From assembly GCF_006345805.1 (NCBI RefSeq), contig NW_021828015.1:1-64000 (forward strand): a stretch of 64,000 nt of DNA. Direction: 5' to 3'. The notes beneath the pieces are model-generated. The model was not told the origin of the DNA, did no database searches, and saw only the letters and a list, made by a program, of their open reading frames with translations. This document shows, one piece after another, positions 1 to 12,985 of this stretch. The first letter of the stretch is position 1; each line of letters starts with the position of its first letter. A program made the position numbers and the translations under genes. Origin of the DNA: Octopus sinensis (taxonomy: Eukaryota).

Positions 1-2520
1 TGCTGTGGCTGTGTAGTCCTAGCCGGGACAAACACTCCCTCTGGCAGTGCCGTAAATGTAGCGAAGACTTTGCCTGACTGGTTGTAATGTAATCGTTTCT
101 TTGTTGACGTCTTTTCTGTCTTTCCATTTCTCCTTTCTCACTATGTCACTCCTTTGTGTTCCCTTTTTCACGGTACGTCGCCAATCTCCACGGTTGCTGG
201 CAACTGCTTCCCAGTTGGTAATATTGATGTTGAGGCATTCATGTCCCTTTTGCAAACACCTTGTATCGTAAGAAACGGTCTTCCCACAGACCTAGTGCCC
301 TAGCAAGCTCTCGTTGAGTATGTCCTTGGGGATTCTGCCATTTCCATACGGCTAACATGTCCAAGCCATCTCATACGTCTTTGTGTGAAGAGTGCAGACA
401 TGCTTGGTATTCCTGCTTGCTTGAGGACATCTTTGTTAGGGACATGATTCTGCCATTTGATGCGATGGATTTTCCGGAGACAGCGCAGGTGAAAGATATT
501 TAGGCGACGTATGGCGTCGTATGGCGTGTGTATGGCGTCAAAGTCATACAGTAGAGTGCTAAGTACACATGCCTGGTAAATCTTCATTTTTGTGGTCTTG
601 GTCAGCTTATTGTTGTCCCATGCGCGTTGGTGAGTGGGCCATCACAGCAGCTGCCTTGCCAATGCATATTGAGCTCAGCATCAAGGGATAGGTTGTAGGT
701 GACGGTAGAGCCAAGATAGGTAAACTTCCACCTCCTATACTCTGTGGTCCCAATATGTATGTTTGGGATGTCCGATGTAGCCGACCCATGATGTTGGTCT
801 TCTTGAGGCGATAACTAAGCCAAAGTTGCCAAATGCTTGCTCAAAACAGTTGCTGTGCCTTCGTAGGGTTCATCTGTGGTGATACTAGAGCGGCATCATC
901 AGCAAATAGCATCTCCTTGATCAGGATGCTTCTGAAATTTGGTCTTGGCACGCAGACGCGAGAGAGATTGAACAGTTCCCATCACTTCTACTGTGCAGAA
1001 ACACTCCATCATCTGATGTCTCAAAGGCATGTGACTGCAGCAGCGAGAAGATGCCAAATAATGTAGGAGCAAGGACACAACCTTGCTCTACCCATTTTTT
1101 ATTGGAAGGCGTTGATGTGAAACCATTGTGCTGTATGGTGCCTTGCATATTAGCATGGAATGATTTGAGTGATCCTCAGCAGCTTTGGTGGACATCGATT
1201 TTTTGAGCAGGATGAAGAGGCATTTTCTACTTACCAAGTCAAAGCCCTTTGTCAGATCATGAAGGCCATATATAATGGCATTTGCTCTCTGGACTTCTGA
1301 AGTTGGCGTATGGAGAAAATATCATGTCAATAGTGATCTGCTTCTAAAGCCACACTGCGATCTGGATAAATTCGAGAAGCAATAGTTGCAGCCTGGACAG
1401 GATAATGCAAGCAGAGGCCTTTCCAACTGTGCTTAGAAGAGATTATTCCACGGTAATTGTTACAATCATCACGGTCACTTTTATTTTTGTAAAGCGTAAT
1501 GATGTTAGCATCCCGCATATTCTGAGGGACTGTACCCTCTTACCTGCACTGACACAGAAGCTCATGAATGTGCCGAAGCAGGAGGATGGTGTTTTGCCGG
1601 TTGATGATCTCTAAGGGGATGCCGTCTTTTCCGGAGCCTTGTTACTGCTAGGGAGTCAATAGATTTGGTGAGCTCTGCTATAGATGGCAGACTGTCAAGT
1701 TTCACACATGACTGGCAAGATCTTGACACCTCGATTGCGCCTCAGCTACCGTGGTCTCTCGTGAGTAGAGATCCTGGTAGTACTCCATCCATCTATCCAT
1801 TTGCTTGTTTGGTCCCTGATGAGATCTCCAGTAGTTGATTTCAGAGGGGGCTGAGGTATTGCGGATGGACGAGGGTTCTTCAAACCGGCATACATCCCAC
1901 GGGTGTCGCCACTGTCAGCAGCTGACGGATACTCTGACAGATTTCCTTCAATACCCATTTGCATAGCGTCTGGCAGTCAGTGGGTTTTATTCTTGCCTTT
2001 CTGAGTTCTTCGTGTGACTTTGTAAGAAGAACCACTCTTGTATTGCATCAGAGCTGTACGCTTGCTTCGATAACTGGTTCCAGCTCTGAGAGCCCAGCAC
2101 TGAACAAAATCTGGGTTTTACCTTTCTCTCATTCCTGAAAGTATCTATTGATGTGGTTATACAAGTTCCCTGATATAATTCCACCTACTTTCAGCAGAGG
2201 AGGTTGGGCAGCTAATGAGGGCAACCTTGATAAAAACAGCAAAACATTGTCGCAGTGTAGGGTTCGAGGTTTGGCATGTGTTAATGCGTGGTTGGCTAAT
2301 TTTCTGGAGTGATGGACTTTTTAGGCAGAATTCTCACCCTCTTATTAGTGAATGACGTATCACAATCCGCGCTAGGGTCAGTTGAACAGAATTCAGAAGG
2401 ATCTTCGTGTAATGATGAGATCCAATGATGCCATGGTGAGATCTTGGATGTCTCCAAGATGCCTTGTGGAGTCTGTGGGAAAGAATTGTGGTGATGCACA
2501 GGATGGTATGTGCAAAATTC
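1..2520 (-). mobile_element. Decayed RTE-clade (BovB-like) LINE: C-terminal part of APE endonuclease, RT and C-terminus
   Basis: Fragmented minus-strand ORFs carry RTE motifs: HPRS..H and SADCDT (end of APE, 2296-2582), DANIITLYKNK..DCNNYRGI (1327-1518), QGCVLAPTLF (921-1148), IYQACVLSTLLY..RRMRWLGHVSRM (300-587), WEAVASNRGDWR (19-255). Many frameshifts and stops. Confidence 0.9.
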
Positions 2521-2629
2521 AAGTAGTTCTGGCTATTATCATTCATGTCAATACTAAAACACATACACTTACATATATACATACATATATATACGATTGA
2601 TTCTTTCAGTTCCTGTCAACATGAAATCC

Positions 2630-2630
2630 A

Positions 2631-2689
<59 letters not shown>

Positions 2690-2720
2690 CATATATATAT
2701 GTATGTACAACACACACACA
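2630..2720. repeat. (TA)n/(CA)n microsatellite
   Basis: Direct inspection. Confidence 0.95.
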
Positions 2721-2755
2721 CCAAAGATAAATTGATAGATACAAACTGAGTGGGC

Positions 2756-2961
2756 AAACAACGTTAACTTAGAAATTACAATTCCGTTTTCATTTTGGTT
2801 TACAATTATGAGATCTTTTCATTCTGAAGCCAGTTTTTTCAAATTTTTCCTACTGAACCAAACAATTTGAAACTTCGTATACTGGTAGAATGTGTCAAAA
2901 GTAAACTTAATTGTAAACCAGAATGAAAACGGAATTGTAACTTCTAAGTTTAACGTTGTTT
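2756..2961. mobile_element. MITE-like element with ~54-bp terminal inverted repeats
   Basis: 2756-2808 (AAACAACGTTAACTTAGAAATTACAATTCCGTTTTCATTTTGGTTTACAATTA) is the near-perfect reverse complement of 2908-2961. No clear TSD. Confidence 0.7.
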
Positions 2962-3334
2962 AATAATTCGAATTTTAACCAATGATATTCCGTCATTCGG
3001 CTTTATTTTATTTACTCCGTCTCGACCACCAATTTGCTGACGTATTAAACATCTGAAATGTAAATAAAACGCATAAATCGCCTTCTAATTATTTAACGTA
3101 CTCATGTTTCCAGGATCCTATAGTCAGCCACCTTCTAATAACAATATTTAAAAGTAGTTAATAAGCCACATTATAAATTGAAAATGTTTCCATTCTGTTT
3201 ACTTGGCTTTCGTTTGCTATTAAGAAGTGGAATCTCAGTGACGAGGCTTCTAACAAGATTTCGTTTCTAAGCTAATGCGTTTCATTTCACTTATTGTATT
3301 TATTGTGCAAAAGGCAAGAAATTTAAATTAAAAA

Positions 3335-3445
3335 AGCAAAGAGCTGGCAGAAACGTTAGCACGCCGGGCGAAATGCGTAGCCGTATTTCGTCTGCCGTTA
3401 CGTTCTGAGTTCAAATTCCGCCGAGGTTGATTTTGCCTTTCATCA
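3335..3445 (+). mobile_element. Truncated tRNA-derived SINE (same family as 32638 and 50552)
   Basis: GAGCTGGCAGAAACGTTAGCACGCCGGGCGAAATG...GAGTTCAAATTCC (A/B-box-like) matches the two full copies. Confidence 0.85.
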
Positions 3446-3458
3446 TACATACATACAT

Positions 3459-3498
<40 letters not shown>

Positions 3499-3540
3499 AC
3501 ACACATACATACATACATACATACATACATACATACATAC
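3445..3540. repeat. (TACA)n/(CA)n microsatellite
   Basis: Direct inspection. Confidence 0.95.
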
Positions 3541-5214
3541 CCAAAGATATAGCAGAAAAGAAGTTTGCCAATGTCCAGCGACGTGAGGACCAAAGAACTG
3601 AGGTATTTCGTATTGCTAGACAGTGTGTGAGAGAAAATAGTGATGTTACAGGGGAGAAATGTGTCCGCATGGATGATGGGGCACTTGCTTTTAATGTTGG
3701 TGAAAAGAAAGAGGCTTGGAGAAGCCATTATGAAAGACTGTTGAATGTGGAGAATGAATGGGAGGAGGAGAGGCCAAATGTTGACCCAGTAGAGGGACCA
3801 GCTATCCAAATAGACAGCTCACTTGTAGTTAAGGCAATTAAGGATATGAAACCAGGTAAAGCCCCCGGCCCATCAGGAATCACTGCTGAGATGCTTAAAA
3901 CAGCTGGTTATGCGGGCTATGGCCTAGTCACCCGTATTGTTAACCAGGTAGTTCATAATGGAGTCATACCCAATGACTGGCGTAGCAGCACCATAGTCAA
4001 CTACTACAAGGGTAAGGGTGATGCTCTAGATAGAAATAACTACAGGGGTATTAAAACTGTTGGATCAGGTGATGAAGGCCACAGAGAGGGTCATAACCCA
4101 TCTCATTAGGGAGAGAATTTGCTTAGATGAGATGCAGTTCGGTTTTGTGTCGGGTAGAAGCACCACTGATGCTAGATTCCTGGTCCGACAACTGCTGGAG
4201 AAATACCTAGCTAAAGATAAACCCCTCTACATAGCTTTTGTGGACTTGGAGAAAGCCTTGACAGGGTTCCCCGATCCCTTATCTGGTGGTCGATGCGGAA
4301 ACTGTTGATTCACGAATGGCTAATAAGGGCTGTACAGGCTCTATACAGAGAGGCTGTCAGCAAGGTTAGGATTGGCAACGAATATAGTGAAAAATTCCGG
4401 GTAGAAGTAGGTGTACACCAGGGCTCAGCCCTCAGTCCCCTTTTATTCATCATAGTCCTCCAGGCAATAACAGAGGAATTCAAAACAGGTTGCCCCTGGG
4501 AGCTCCTCTATGCTGATGACCTGGCCCTCATAGCAGAATCGCTACCGGAACTAAAAAAGAAATTTCGGGTGTGGAAACAAGGGTTGGAATCAAAGGGCCT
4601 TAGAGTAAATGTAGCGAAGAACAAAGTTATAGTATGCAGAAAGGCGAACTCAGCACACACCCCATCGGGCAGGTGGCCCTGCTCGAGCTGTAGGAAAGGT
4701 GTAGGTAGAAACTCCATAAGATGCACCCAATGTAAGCTTGGACGCACAAGAGGTGCAGCAACATTAAAGGGAAATTAACAGATAAGATAGCTTTCATGTG
4801 CGGCAGATGCACAGGGACAATAGACACCACAGACACTCAGAAACAGATTCCATCACACTCCAGGGAGAGAAACTAGAAGTAGTTGATAGTTTCCGCTACC
4901 TGGGTGACCAAGTTAGTAGTGGGGGTGGATGCTCAGAGAGTGTCACCACTAGAACACGAATAGCCTGGGCAAAGTTTAGAAAGCTGCTACCCCTACTGGC
5001 GACAAAGGGTCTCTCACTCAGAGTGAAAGGTAGATTGTATGATGCATGTGTGCGAACTGCCATGCTTCACGGCAGTGTGAAACATGGGCCGTGACTGCAG
5101 AGGACATGCGTAGACTTGAAAGAAATGAAGCTAGCATGATCCGCTGGATGTGTAATGTCAGTGTGAATGCACGACAGAGTGTAAGCACCCTGAGAGAAAT
5201 GCTAGGCATAAGAA
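3541..5214 (+). mobile_element. 5'-truncated RTE-clade LINE, RT region (5' segment, interrupted by a CR1 insertion)
   Basis: Overlapping ORFs 3627-4109 (KAPGPSGI..EMLK, NYRGIK), 4060-4308 (QFGF..GRSTTDA..FVDLEKA), 4293-4778 (GVHQGSALSPLLF..LLYADDL), 4798-5094 (FRYLG). The frame reads ..REMLGIR at 5214 and resumes SIRCG.. at 8326. Confidence 0.93.
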
Positions 5215-8200
5215 TCCGTGGCTTCCCTAAATCGCAACTCTGTGCCACAGGAGAGTTTTAGCCTCCGCGATGATGGGCAGATCTGGACATTCGTCAAGTC
5301 TGGTGAGTCGTGGATAAGGGATGCCAGCTGGACTGAGCAGACTACACCCACAACAACTGGCAATGCAAAAATCTTGGGGAAACTAACCAAGAACAATCAG
5401 CCATCCCCTGTATATCATCATCTGAAATCCAGATATAAACTGCTGTCCTTGAATGCCCGTAGTTTATGCAACAAGGTGCATCTTTTTGTCTCTACGTCAA
5501 AAGTATCAACCCAGATTTCATCACAGTCACGGAAACGTGGGCACACTCTGCACTCTGTGATGGAGTTTTCAGCATAGCCGGCTACAACCTGTTCCGCAAA
5601 GACCGCATTAATCGCCGTGGAGGGGGTGTGATGATTTATGTTCGATCAAGTCTTTCGGCAATCCCCTGTGATGATTTGAACCAATCTCAGCAGGAGGTAT
5701 TTTTCTGCAATGTACACATGACCATGTCAACACTTCTGCTCGGAGTCGTTTACCGTCCTCCAAATTATCGCCAAGACGCACAGCTTTTTGATCTCCTCAG
5801 GGCGGCTGCCATGAAAACAGCCACATATGTGTATGTTGCGGGGGACTTCAATTCCCTGAGATTGACTGGGAGGCCTTCCGTTGGCCGCAAAGTGCAGACG
5901 ATTTTCTTGAACTGGTGCTGAATTCGAATTGGTCCCAAGTTGTTACCCCCCACAAGGGGGTAACAAACACTTTGGATCTGCTACTAACCGCTTCTCCTGA
6001 AACAATCATTAGTGTCGCTACCGAAGAACCTTTGGGGACTCTGATCATTCCATGATCATGGCCGATTGTCTCTGATTGGTTGTAACAAAAAACACAACCA
6101 TCTTCAGATTGCCCGCTTTGACTGGAATAAAGCAAACTGGAGCTCTTATTGTACTGAGCTGCAACGCCCAAACTGCGCGCGAATTTTATGCCTCTGGAGA
6201 TGTGGACACTATACTCCAGAACATTCTGAATTCAATATGGGCAGCATGTGCAGCATCAGTACCACGCAAGCACAAAAAACCACCCAATAGTGCAATTTGG
6301 GAGACTGCAGCAGTCCGACTTGCCAGGAAAGAACGCCGTAATGCTGAACGGGAATACAAATTGCATAAATCAGAGAGCAACAGGAAAAAGCGCAATAGGT
6401 CAGCCAACCACCTCAAGCAGGTGACAAAAAAGGCAGTGCTTGAATTTGAACAACGCATTGCAGCTAACCCTGACAGCAAAGGGTTCTGGAAGTATGTGCA
6501 CTCAAAGCAGAGACCCCACTCTCCTGTTGGTCCCCTTCGCAATCCCCACACAGGACAGATTACTGGCAATCCCGAAGAATGTGCAGAAATCATTGCTGGA
6601 TGCTATGCCGGCATCTTTACTGTCGAAGACCAAAATGTTCCATCATCATCACCACTGACATCGGACTCTATATCTTCTATGCAATTTACACCAGCAATGC
6701 TGCAACGCCACCTAAAGATTAAACGCAATTATGCCTCTCCTGGTCTCAATGGTGTTACATACCTAGTTCTCAAATGCAGTGGGTACTTTCTTCTAAGCCA
6801 ACTTTCTCTATTCTTCCAATTCTGTCTCGACAATGGTGTTACTCCAGAACAGTGGAAAACTGCCAGTGTCATCCCTCTGTTAAAAAAAGGCGACCGCACA
6901 TCGCCTGTCAACTATCGCCCCGTCAACTATCGCCAAACTGATGGAATCCTGTATCAGAGAAACCCTCTGGAACTTCTGGAAGTCTCACAGCCTCAGCCAG
7001 CCGTCACAATTCGGATTTATTCCTAACTCCAGCTGCTGTAATCAACTCATCGAGTTTCTTGAGGACGTTACCCAAATCACTGATCGCGGATCCTGGGTGG
7101 ATGTTGTTTACCTGGACTTTGCTAAGGCTTTTAACTCTGTGCCACACAAAAGACTTATGGTGAAGCTTTCTGCGTTGGGTGTAAGAGACGAACTCTATAA
7201 CTGGTTAAAGTCCTTTATTTTCGGCCGAAAAGAGGTTGTCACAGTTCTAGGACAGCACTCTTCGCCCTATGAGATGACATCTGGTGTGCCGCAGGGATCT
7301 GTTCTTGGCCCTCTTTTATTTGTTGCATATGTTAATGACATAGATGCCAACTTAAAGAATGCCACAGTGCTGAAATATGCAGATGACATCAAGCTGTACC
7401 TCCAAATAAAGAGGTCAAATCCTGTACACTATGGATCTCTATTGCAAGCAGACCTGGACACAATGCAGCAGTGGATCATGGACTGGCAACTCAAGCTGGC
7501 TGTGGACAAATGTACCACCATGCATTTTGGGAGGAGAAACCCAGCGTCCACCTACTCCCTCCACACACTAGTCTCAAAAAGTCTTCAAGTGAACGTGACC
7601 TGGGTGTTATTGTCGACAGTGATTTGCGTTGGACAAAACACATCGCTAAAATTGTCAAGAAGGCTGAGGGTGTCTTGGCATCACTCACCAAATCCTTTGT
7701 GAGCGCTCTCCGGCTATCTATCTGCGGCTTTATATAGCTATGGTAAGACCTCACCTGGAATTTGCATCACCGGTCTGGAACCCTTATCTTCCCAGGACAT
7801 CAATCGTCTAGAAGCTGTTCAGCGACGTGCAACCAAAAGAATACCCTCCATCAGGCATTTGCCATATCCTGAACGCCTTACTTCCCTGGGCATGGACACA
7901 TTAAAACTCCGACGTCTGGCAGCTGACTTGGCAGACACCCATAAAATTATCAACCATCGCACAAACAATAACTCTGAGCACCTCTTCAAACTCCACCCAT
8001 CTAACACCCGTGGACATATTTACAAAGTAAGAAAACAGCACAGCTCCCATGACTTCAGGAAACATTTTTTCACGCTGAGAGTTGCTGAAGCGTGGAACAA
8101 ACTGCCGGCATCGGTTGTTAGTTGTCGGAGCACTGCATCCTTCAAAACTTCATGCTTCCTGAGATTCGCCAACACTACACTTGATTTTCTCCCTTCCATA

Positions 8201-8318
8201 CACACACAAGCATGTTCACTTTCCAGACATTTCTACATTGCTGCATGTACTTTATATGCACTTCTGACAAGTTGTGGTGCACCTGAGCACTGTATACAAT
8301 AATTTCATTATTATTATT
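5215..8318 (+). mobile_element. CR1-clade LINE: essentially complete ORF2 (APE + RT), 5'-truncated, (ATT)n tail, 7-bp TSD
   Basis: APE motifs LNARSL, VTETW, RKDR..GGGV, VYRPP, GDFN (5430-5860). RT motifs YLDFAKAF.SVPH, SGVPQGSVLGPLLF, KYADD (6941-7702). C-terminal RRLAADL..K and FFTLRV..WNKLP. ATAAGAA occurs at 5208-5214 and 8319-8325. Confidence 0.93.
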
Positions 8319-8951
8319 ATAAGAAGCATCAGATGCGGTGTGCAAGAGCGACGCTTGCGATGGTATGGTCATGTACTGCGGATGGATGAGGAGAGATGTG
8401 TGAGAAGAAGTGCCACTCCCGAACAGTTGAAGGAATCAGGGGGAGAGGTAGACCCAGGAAGACATGGGATGAGGTAGGCAAGCATGACCTCAGAGCGTTG
8501 GGCCTCACTGAGGCAATGGCGAAGGACTGAGATCTCTGGAGATGTGCTGTGACTACTAAGACCCGTGATGCTTCCGGCACCAGTTCCGCATACCCCCTGC
8601 CCATTCAAAGTACCTTGGATCCCGGAACATCTCATGGTGCTTGAGGAGACCTGTTGAGTCAAGTGCATGTACATGAACATCAAACCAAATATCAATGGAA
8701 ACAGTAGTTGTGATACCTGTGTCGGTGACACATAAAAAGCACCATCCGAACGTGGCCGATGCCAGACCCCTCTGGCACCTGTGCCACTGGCACTTAAAAA
8801 GTACCCACTACACTCACGGAGTGGTTGGCATTATGAAGGGCATCCAGCTGTAGAAACACTGCCAGATCAGACTGGAGCCTGGTGCAGCCTTCTGGCTTCC
8901 CAGATCCCGGTTGAACGTTAAACGATAATGATGATGATGATGATGATGATG
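8319..8951 (+). mobile_element. 3' segment of the RTE LINE (C-terminus, 3' UTR, (GAT)n tail)
   Basis: RSIRCGVQERRLRWYGHVLRM continues the 5214 frame. The 3' UTR ends ..TTAAACGATAATGATGATG and matches many short copies in the window. Confidence 0.9.
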
Positions 8952-9133
8952 ATACACCGAGTAAAAAATTTCAGTTATCTCTCTCTTTCACACATTACTC
9001 TCTCTGTCTCTTCACACACACTAACAGGGCTTGATGATTGGGGTGGCATCTTGAGAGGGGTTCCAGGGAAACAAGGTGTGGTTTAGGAACCCGAGGATGT
9101 ACCTCATGAAACACGTGTTGCCAAAGAATAAAA

Positions 9134-9376
9134 CAGTAATTTATTTATGTATTTTTTGGTATACAACCTGCCATTAACCCCTTTCTTATAAAATAGTTGA
9201 AGAATCTGGGGTGTAGGAATTGGGACAGTATTGGAACTTTTAACTTCTTGCTCTCTATCTTAAGATCTCCAAAATTTAAGAATCTTGTGTTAACTGGGCT
9301 CTTATTATTTACTCTGACTCTGCCACCACCTCAATGCAAAGACTATCAATATCAGAATCATCTTCACAACCACTAC
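9134..9376 (+). repeat. Left arm of a ~240-bp high-identity inverted repeat pair
   Basis: Reverse complement of 16447-16710 apart from a few substitutions and one ~24-bp indel. Confidence 0.85.
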
Positions 9377-10373
9377 TGAGACATCCTAACATAATCAATG
9401 CCACTATTCTATCATCATCATTATCATCATCATCCACTTCCGCCACCACCACCACCACCACCTCTGCAAAAACACCAACACTATAATTGCTGCCATCATA
9501 CACATCCACTGTCAACACTACCACCACCACCACCACTGCCATGATAACCACATCTACCACCTCCAACACCATTGCCACCACTATCTATGAGACATCCTAA
9601 GTTAGATACTACTTTCACTTTCTAGTTGGTCTTTGAGTCCATTTTATCTAATCTATCTCTCTAAAAGATGCAAACCAAGTAGCATTAAATGGAGAATGGA
9701 TGTGAGCAGAAAGAGAGTAAGTTCCATTCCAGTTTACAACAATTATAGAATTATTCTCAAACCATAAATGAAGGGTGGAGAGGAGTGAAGGAGGAGTCAT
9801 GTTTCCTCCGAGAGGTTACAGAAGTATTATTACACTGTTGTTAGAATAGCTGTGGAAAATGTAAGTTGAAATCAATTTGATGCTAAATTCTTTATAGTCA
9901 TGTCCCAAGTAAATAAACATAATCAATTTGAACAGTCTGAGTAAAATAACTACTTTCTTGAATTATTAATCAGGTGTTGGATCAACAAAATTATGAGATA
10001 AAGGTGAGAAGGTCAGTAGAGTGTCTATCTGCTTGTAACTATGTAGACACTTAAAATAATGAGTGAAAGCATGATATACATTACTAAGTCATACTCGCTT
10101 GCAGGCAGTCACTATGATTTTTTTTTATGCTTATATATATGCAATGAAGCATTGATGTTTCATTGTATATTTGGACATAACAATTAATTCTTCGTCGTCA
10201 AACTGTCCAACCCATGCCAGCATGAAACATGGATGTTAAATGATGTTGACTACATGATGACACTTCACATTATTGAAACATTGGGAATAAGAACTAGATC
10301 ATCTGATGATGTTAACACATGACAGAGTGGCTTCCTCTCCATGTAGCAAGGAAGATTTTAATTGATATGTTTC

Positions 10374-10564
10374 TCCTTTTAGCATTTAAACCGGCCATAT
10401 CTGGCCCAAATATTCTACCTGTTTTATGTTCAAACCGGTCAGGCCTGGCCTCTAGAAAGTCAATCTAAAAATAAGCAATCAGATCAATTAAATCTCAAGG
10501 CTACAGGTAATGCATGATTAATTCAAAGCAATGTGAATAAACAATCTGAATGTTAAGGAGTTAA
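10374..10564 (+). mobile_element. Decayed copy of the piggyBac-type MITE seen at 13821
   Basis: TTAGCATTTAAACCGGCCATATC.GGCC.AAATATTCTACCTGTTTTATGTTCAAAC is shared with 13825-13885. Confidence 0.7.
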
Positions 10565-11554
10565 GATGAAACAAGAATTGAACACTGGTTTTTAACAGTG
10601 ATATCAGAGATCTTTAAATTGAATTACATCACTTTTAATATTAAAACAAACTACTGTAACAATGTTAAACAAAATAATTGCATTCTTATTTGAACTAAAA
10701 TCCATCATTCTCAGTATCATAAATAAAGGTGCCAGTCGCACCTCAGTGCTTACATGTTTGTCTTGTCTAATAAATGGAAGATTACTGAACATAAGACACT
10801 TGGGTCACTCAGCCAAGTTTCATCTGAGCAATATATGTGAAAGTTCTGGAAATTTGTGACTTTTTGTATTTCAAATAATGTGCAAGTCTGAGAATAATAT
10901 ACATTGTTGGATACAGACATACAACTAAACTTATATATTTTAGATTTTCTCAAAAAGTCTAACAATTGCTGACTAATATAACTAGCTTCTCTATTACTGC
11001 CTGTGTCTCTCCTCTCTTTTTGTTATTCTATCTACAGATAGGTTTGTATGTGTAGTTCTTATATATACACATTCATACATTACCTCTTTTACTTGTTTCA
11101 GTTATTGAACTGTGGCACCACCTTGAAAGGTTTAGTGAAACTAATTGCGCCCACTACATATTTTTAAGTTTGTTATTTATCAGTGTCGTTTGCTAAAACT
11201 GTGAAGTTGCAAGGACATAAACAAAACAACACCAATTGTTAATTTGGGATAGGGACAAACACAAAGACATTGTCTATGATGCTACTGGATCAACTAAAAT
11301 ATGTTACCCCCTACTATATTATTGAATAGTTTTTCTCCTATTTGTTATACTAACTACACCCTCACACACACAAATACATTTTTTGTAAGGTGGTTGGTGT
11401 TAAATCCAGACACAGAAACTTATGTTGCAAAGAGAAAGTATGAACAAAATGTAGTCCTGCAACTCAGTTGGGATTGGGTGAGGGGGAGGTACTGGCTCAG
11501 TTCTGCCCAACTAATGCCAGCATAGAAAAGTGATGATAATGCGGATCATGAATA

Positions 11555-11885
11555 TCATCACCATCGTTTAATGTCCGTTTTCCATGCTAGCATGGGTTGG
11601 ACGGTTCAACCGGGATCTGGGAAGCCAGAAGGCTGCACCAGGCTCCAGTCTGATCTGGCAGTGTTTCTACAGCTGGATGCCCTCATAATGCCAACCACTC
11701 CGTGAGTGTAGTGGGTACTTTTTACGTGCCACTGGCACAGGTGCCAGGTGAGGCTGGCAATGGCCACGATTGGATTGGTGGTTTTTACATGCCACCAGCA
11801 TGGAAGCCAGTGAAGGCGGCGCTGGCATTGGCACATCTGGACGGTGCTTTTGACATGCCACCGGCACAGGGATCACAACTACAAT
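11555..11885 (-). mobile_element. RTE 3'-UTR fragment (other copies ~25375-25560 +, 32040-32115 -, 33935-34330 -, 52156-52475 -, 59290-59672 +)
   Basis: Shares CAGACTGGAGCCTGGTGCAGCC / CAACCCATGCYAGCATGGAA / (GAT)n tail with 8800-8951. Confidence 0.85.
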
Positions 11886-12169
11886 TTCCATTGATTTTTG
11901 ATGTTGATGTACTTGACTCAATAGGTTTCCTCAAGCACAGGGTCGAATATATATTTTTAAATATTTTTTTGCAAACAACATGCAGATGCAAGTGTTACCT
12001 GTTGAAAGCTCTGCATACCAGATGCTAGCAAGTTTATGGGGCCATTAGGAGAGAATACCTGCCATTTCGGGACCTCTCTTGACAGCATCATTGGGCACCC
12101 CTCACTGAAATGAGACCCTGCTTGCTAGATCAACTGGTCATCAGGTTTCACTCAATATTCTTCTAGCCA

Positions 12170-12465
12170 TTGCTCATTGTTGCTTTCTAATCCAGTGGTT
12201 TGCCTTTTCCAGTGTAGTTTGGATATTACTCCTAGTGGTATTTGCTTTGCGATGAATTAAGTCAATGATGGCAATAGTCACTTCACACTGAGTCCAAAAC
12301 CCCTCTACATCCAACTTTGATTGAAAAATGCTCTGCTTTCCAGCCTGTGTCTTCACATTCCTCTAGGAGGTTTTCATAACAGCCAATTTTGAGCTCGAGC
12401 GGCATCCATGTTATCTTCATGAGGAACTCAACTAGATTTACCATTTTCTTTCTTTTACGCCATAT
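12170..12465 (-). mobile_element. Remnant of an RLE-type non-LTR retrotransposon (HERO-like C-terminus)
   Basis: Frameshifted translation VNLVE..VPHEDNMDAA..YENLLEECEDTGWKAEHFSIKVGCRG resembles the ELTVP.E...Y..L...C...GW......EVGCRG endonuclease tail. Confidence 0.65.
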
Positions 12466-12513
12466 TATCATATATATATATATATATATATACCACACAC
12501 ACATGTATATAAC

Positions 12514-12563
<50 letters not shown>

Positions 12564-12985
12564 TGATCATCATCATCATCACTTTTTGGTCCTGGCATCT
12601 GTTTGGCAAGACTGAGTTAGTTCTTATTGACATTTACTTCCCCATTCTACCTACCCCAACTATATTTGGAGTTGACTACTTCAAGTTTCTTATTTCTTTG
12701 CATCCATCAATTAATGATAATATAGTATATCTTGTATATAATATAACATATACATATATCAAAACAGGAGATAAGAAAAAATGTTTGGTATTATTTATTC
12801 ACCATTACACATGTTTCATTTACTAATAGGGGTTACAAAATTGTATTTAACAGAGAAACATGTAAGATATCTTCTGTTAGAAAGTCTTCAGACAGAAAAT
12901 TAGAGAGTATTATCATGCTGAGTAAAAGTAAGCAACGTTTTGAAACATGAAATTCATCACAATATATTTCAGCAATGTGGAAATT

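Noticed and set aside
9730-9865. Exon-like interval (TTCCAG ... AAT|GTAAGT)
   Set aside because: All three frames contain stops, so it is not supportable as coding; a non-coding exon cannot be judged.
12040-12160. CTGATGA and CCCGAAA motifs in the 3' region of the HERO-like relic (minus strand)
   Set aside because: The spacing is too long and no helix II or III pairing fits a hammerhead.
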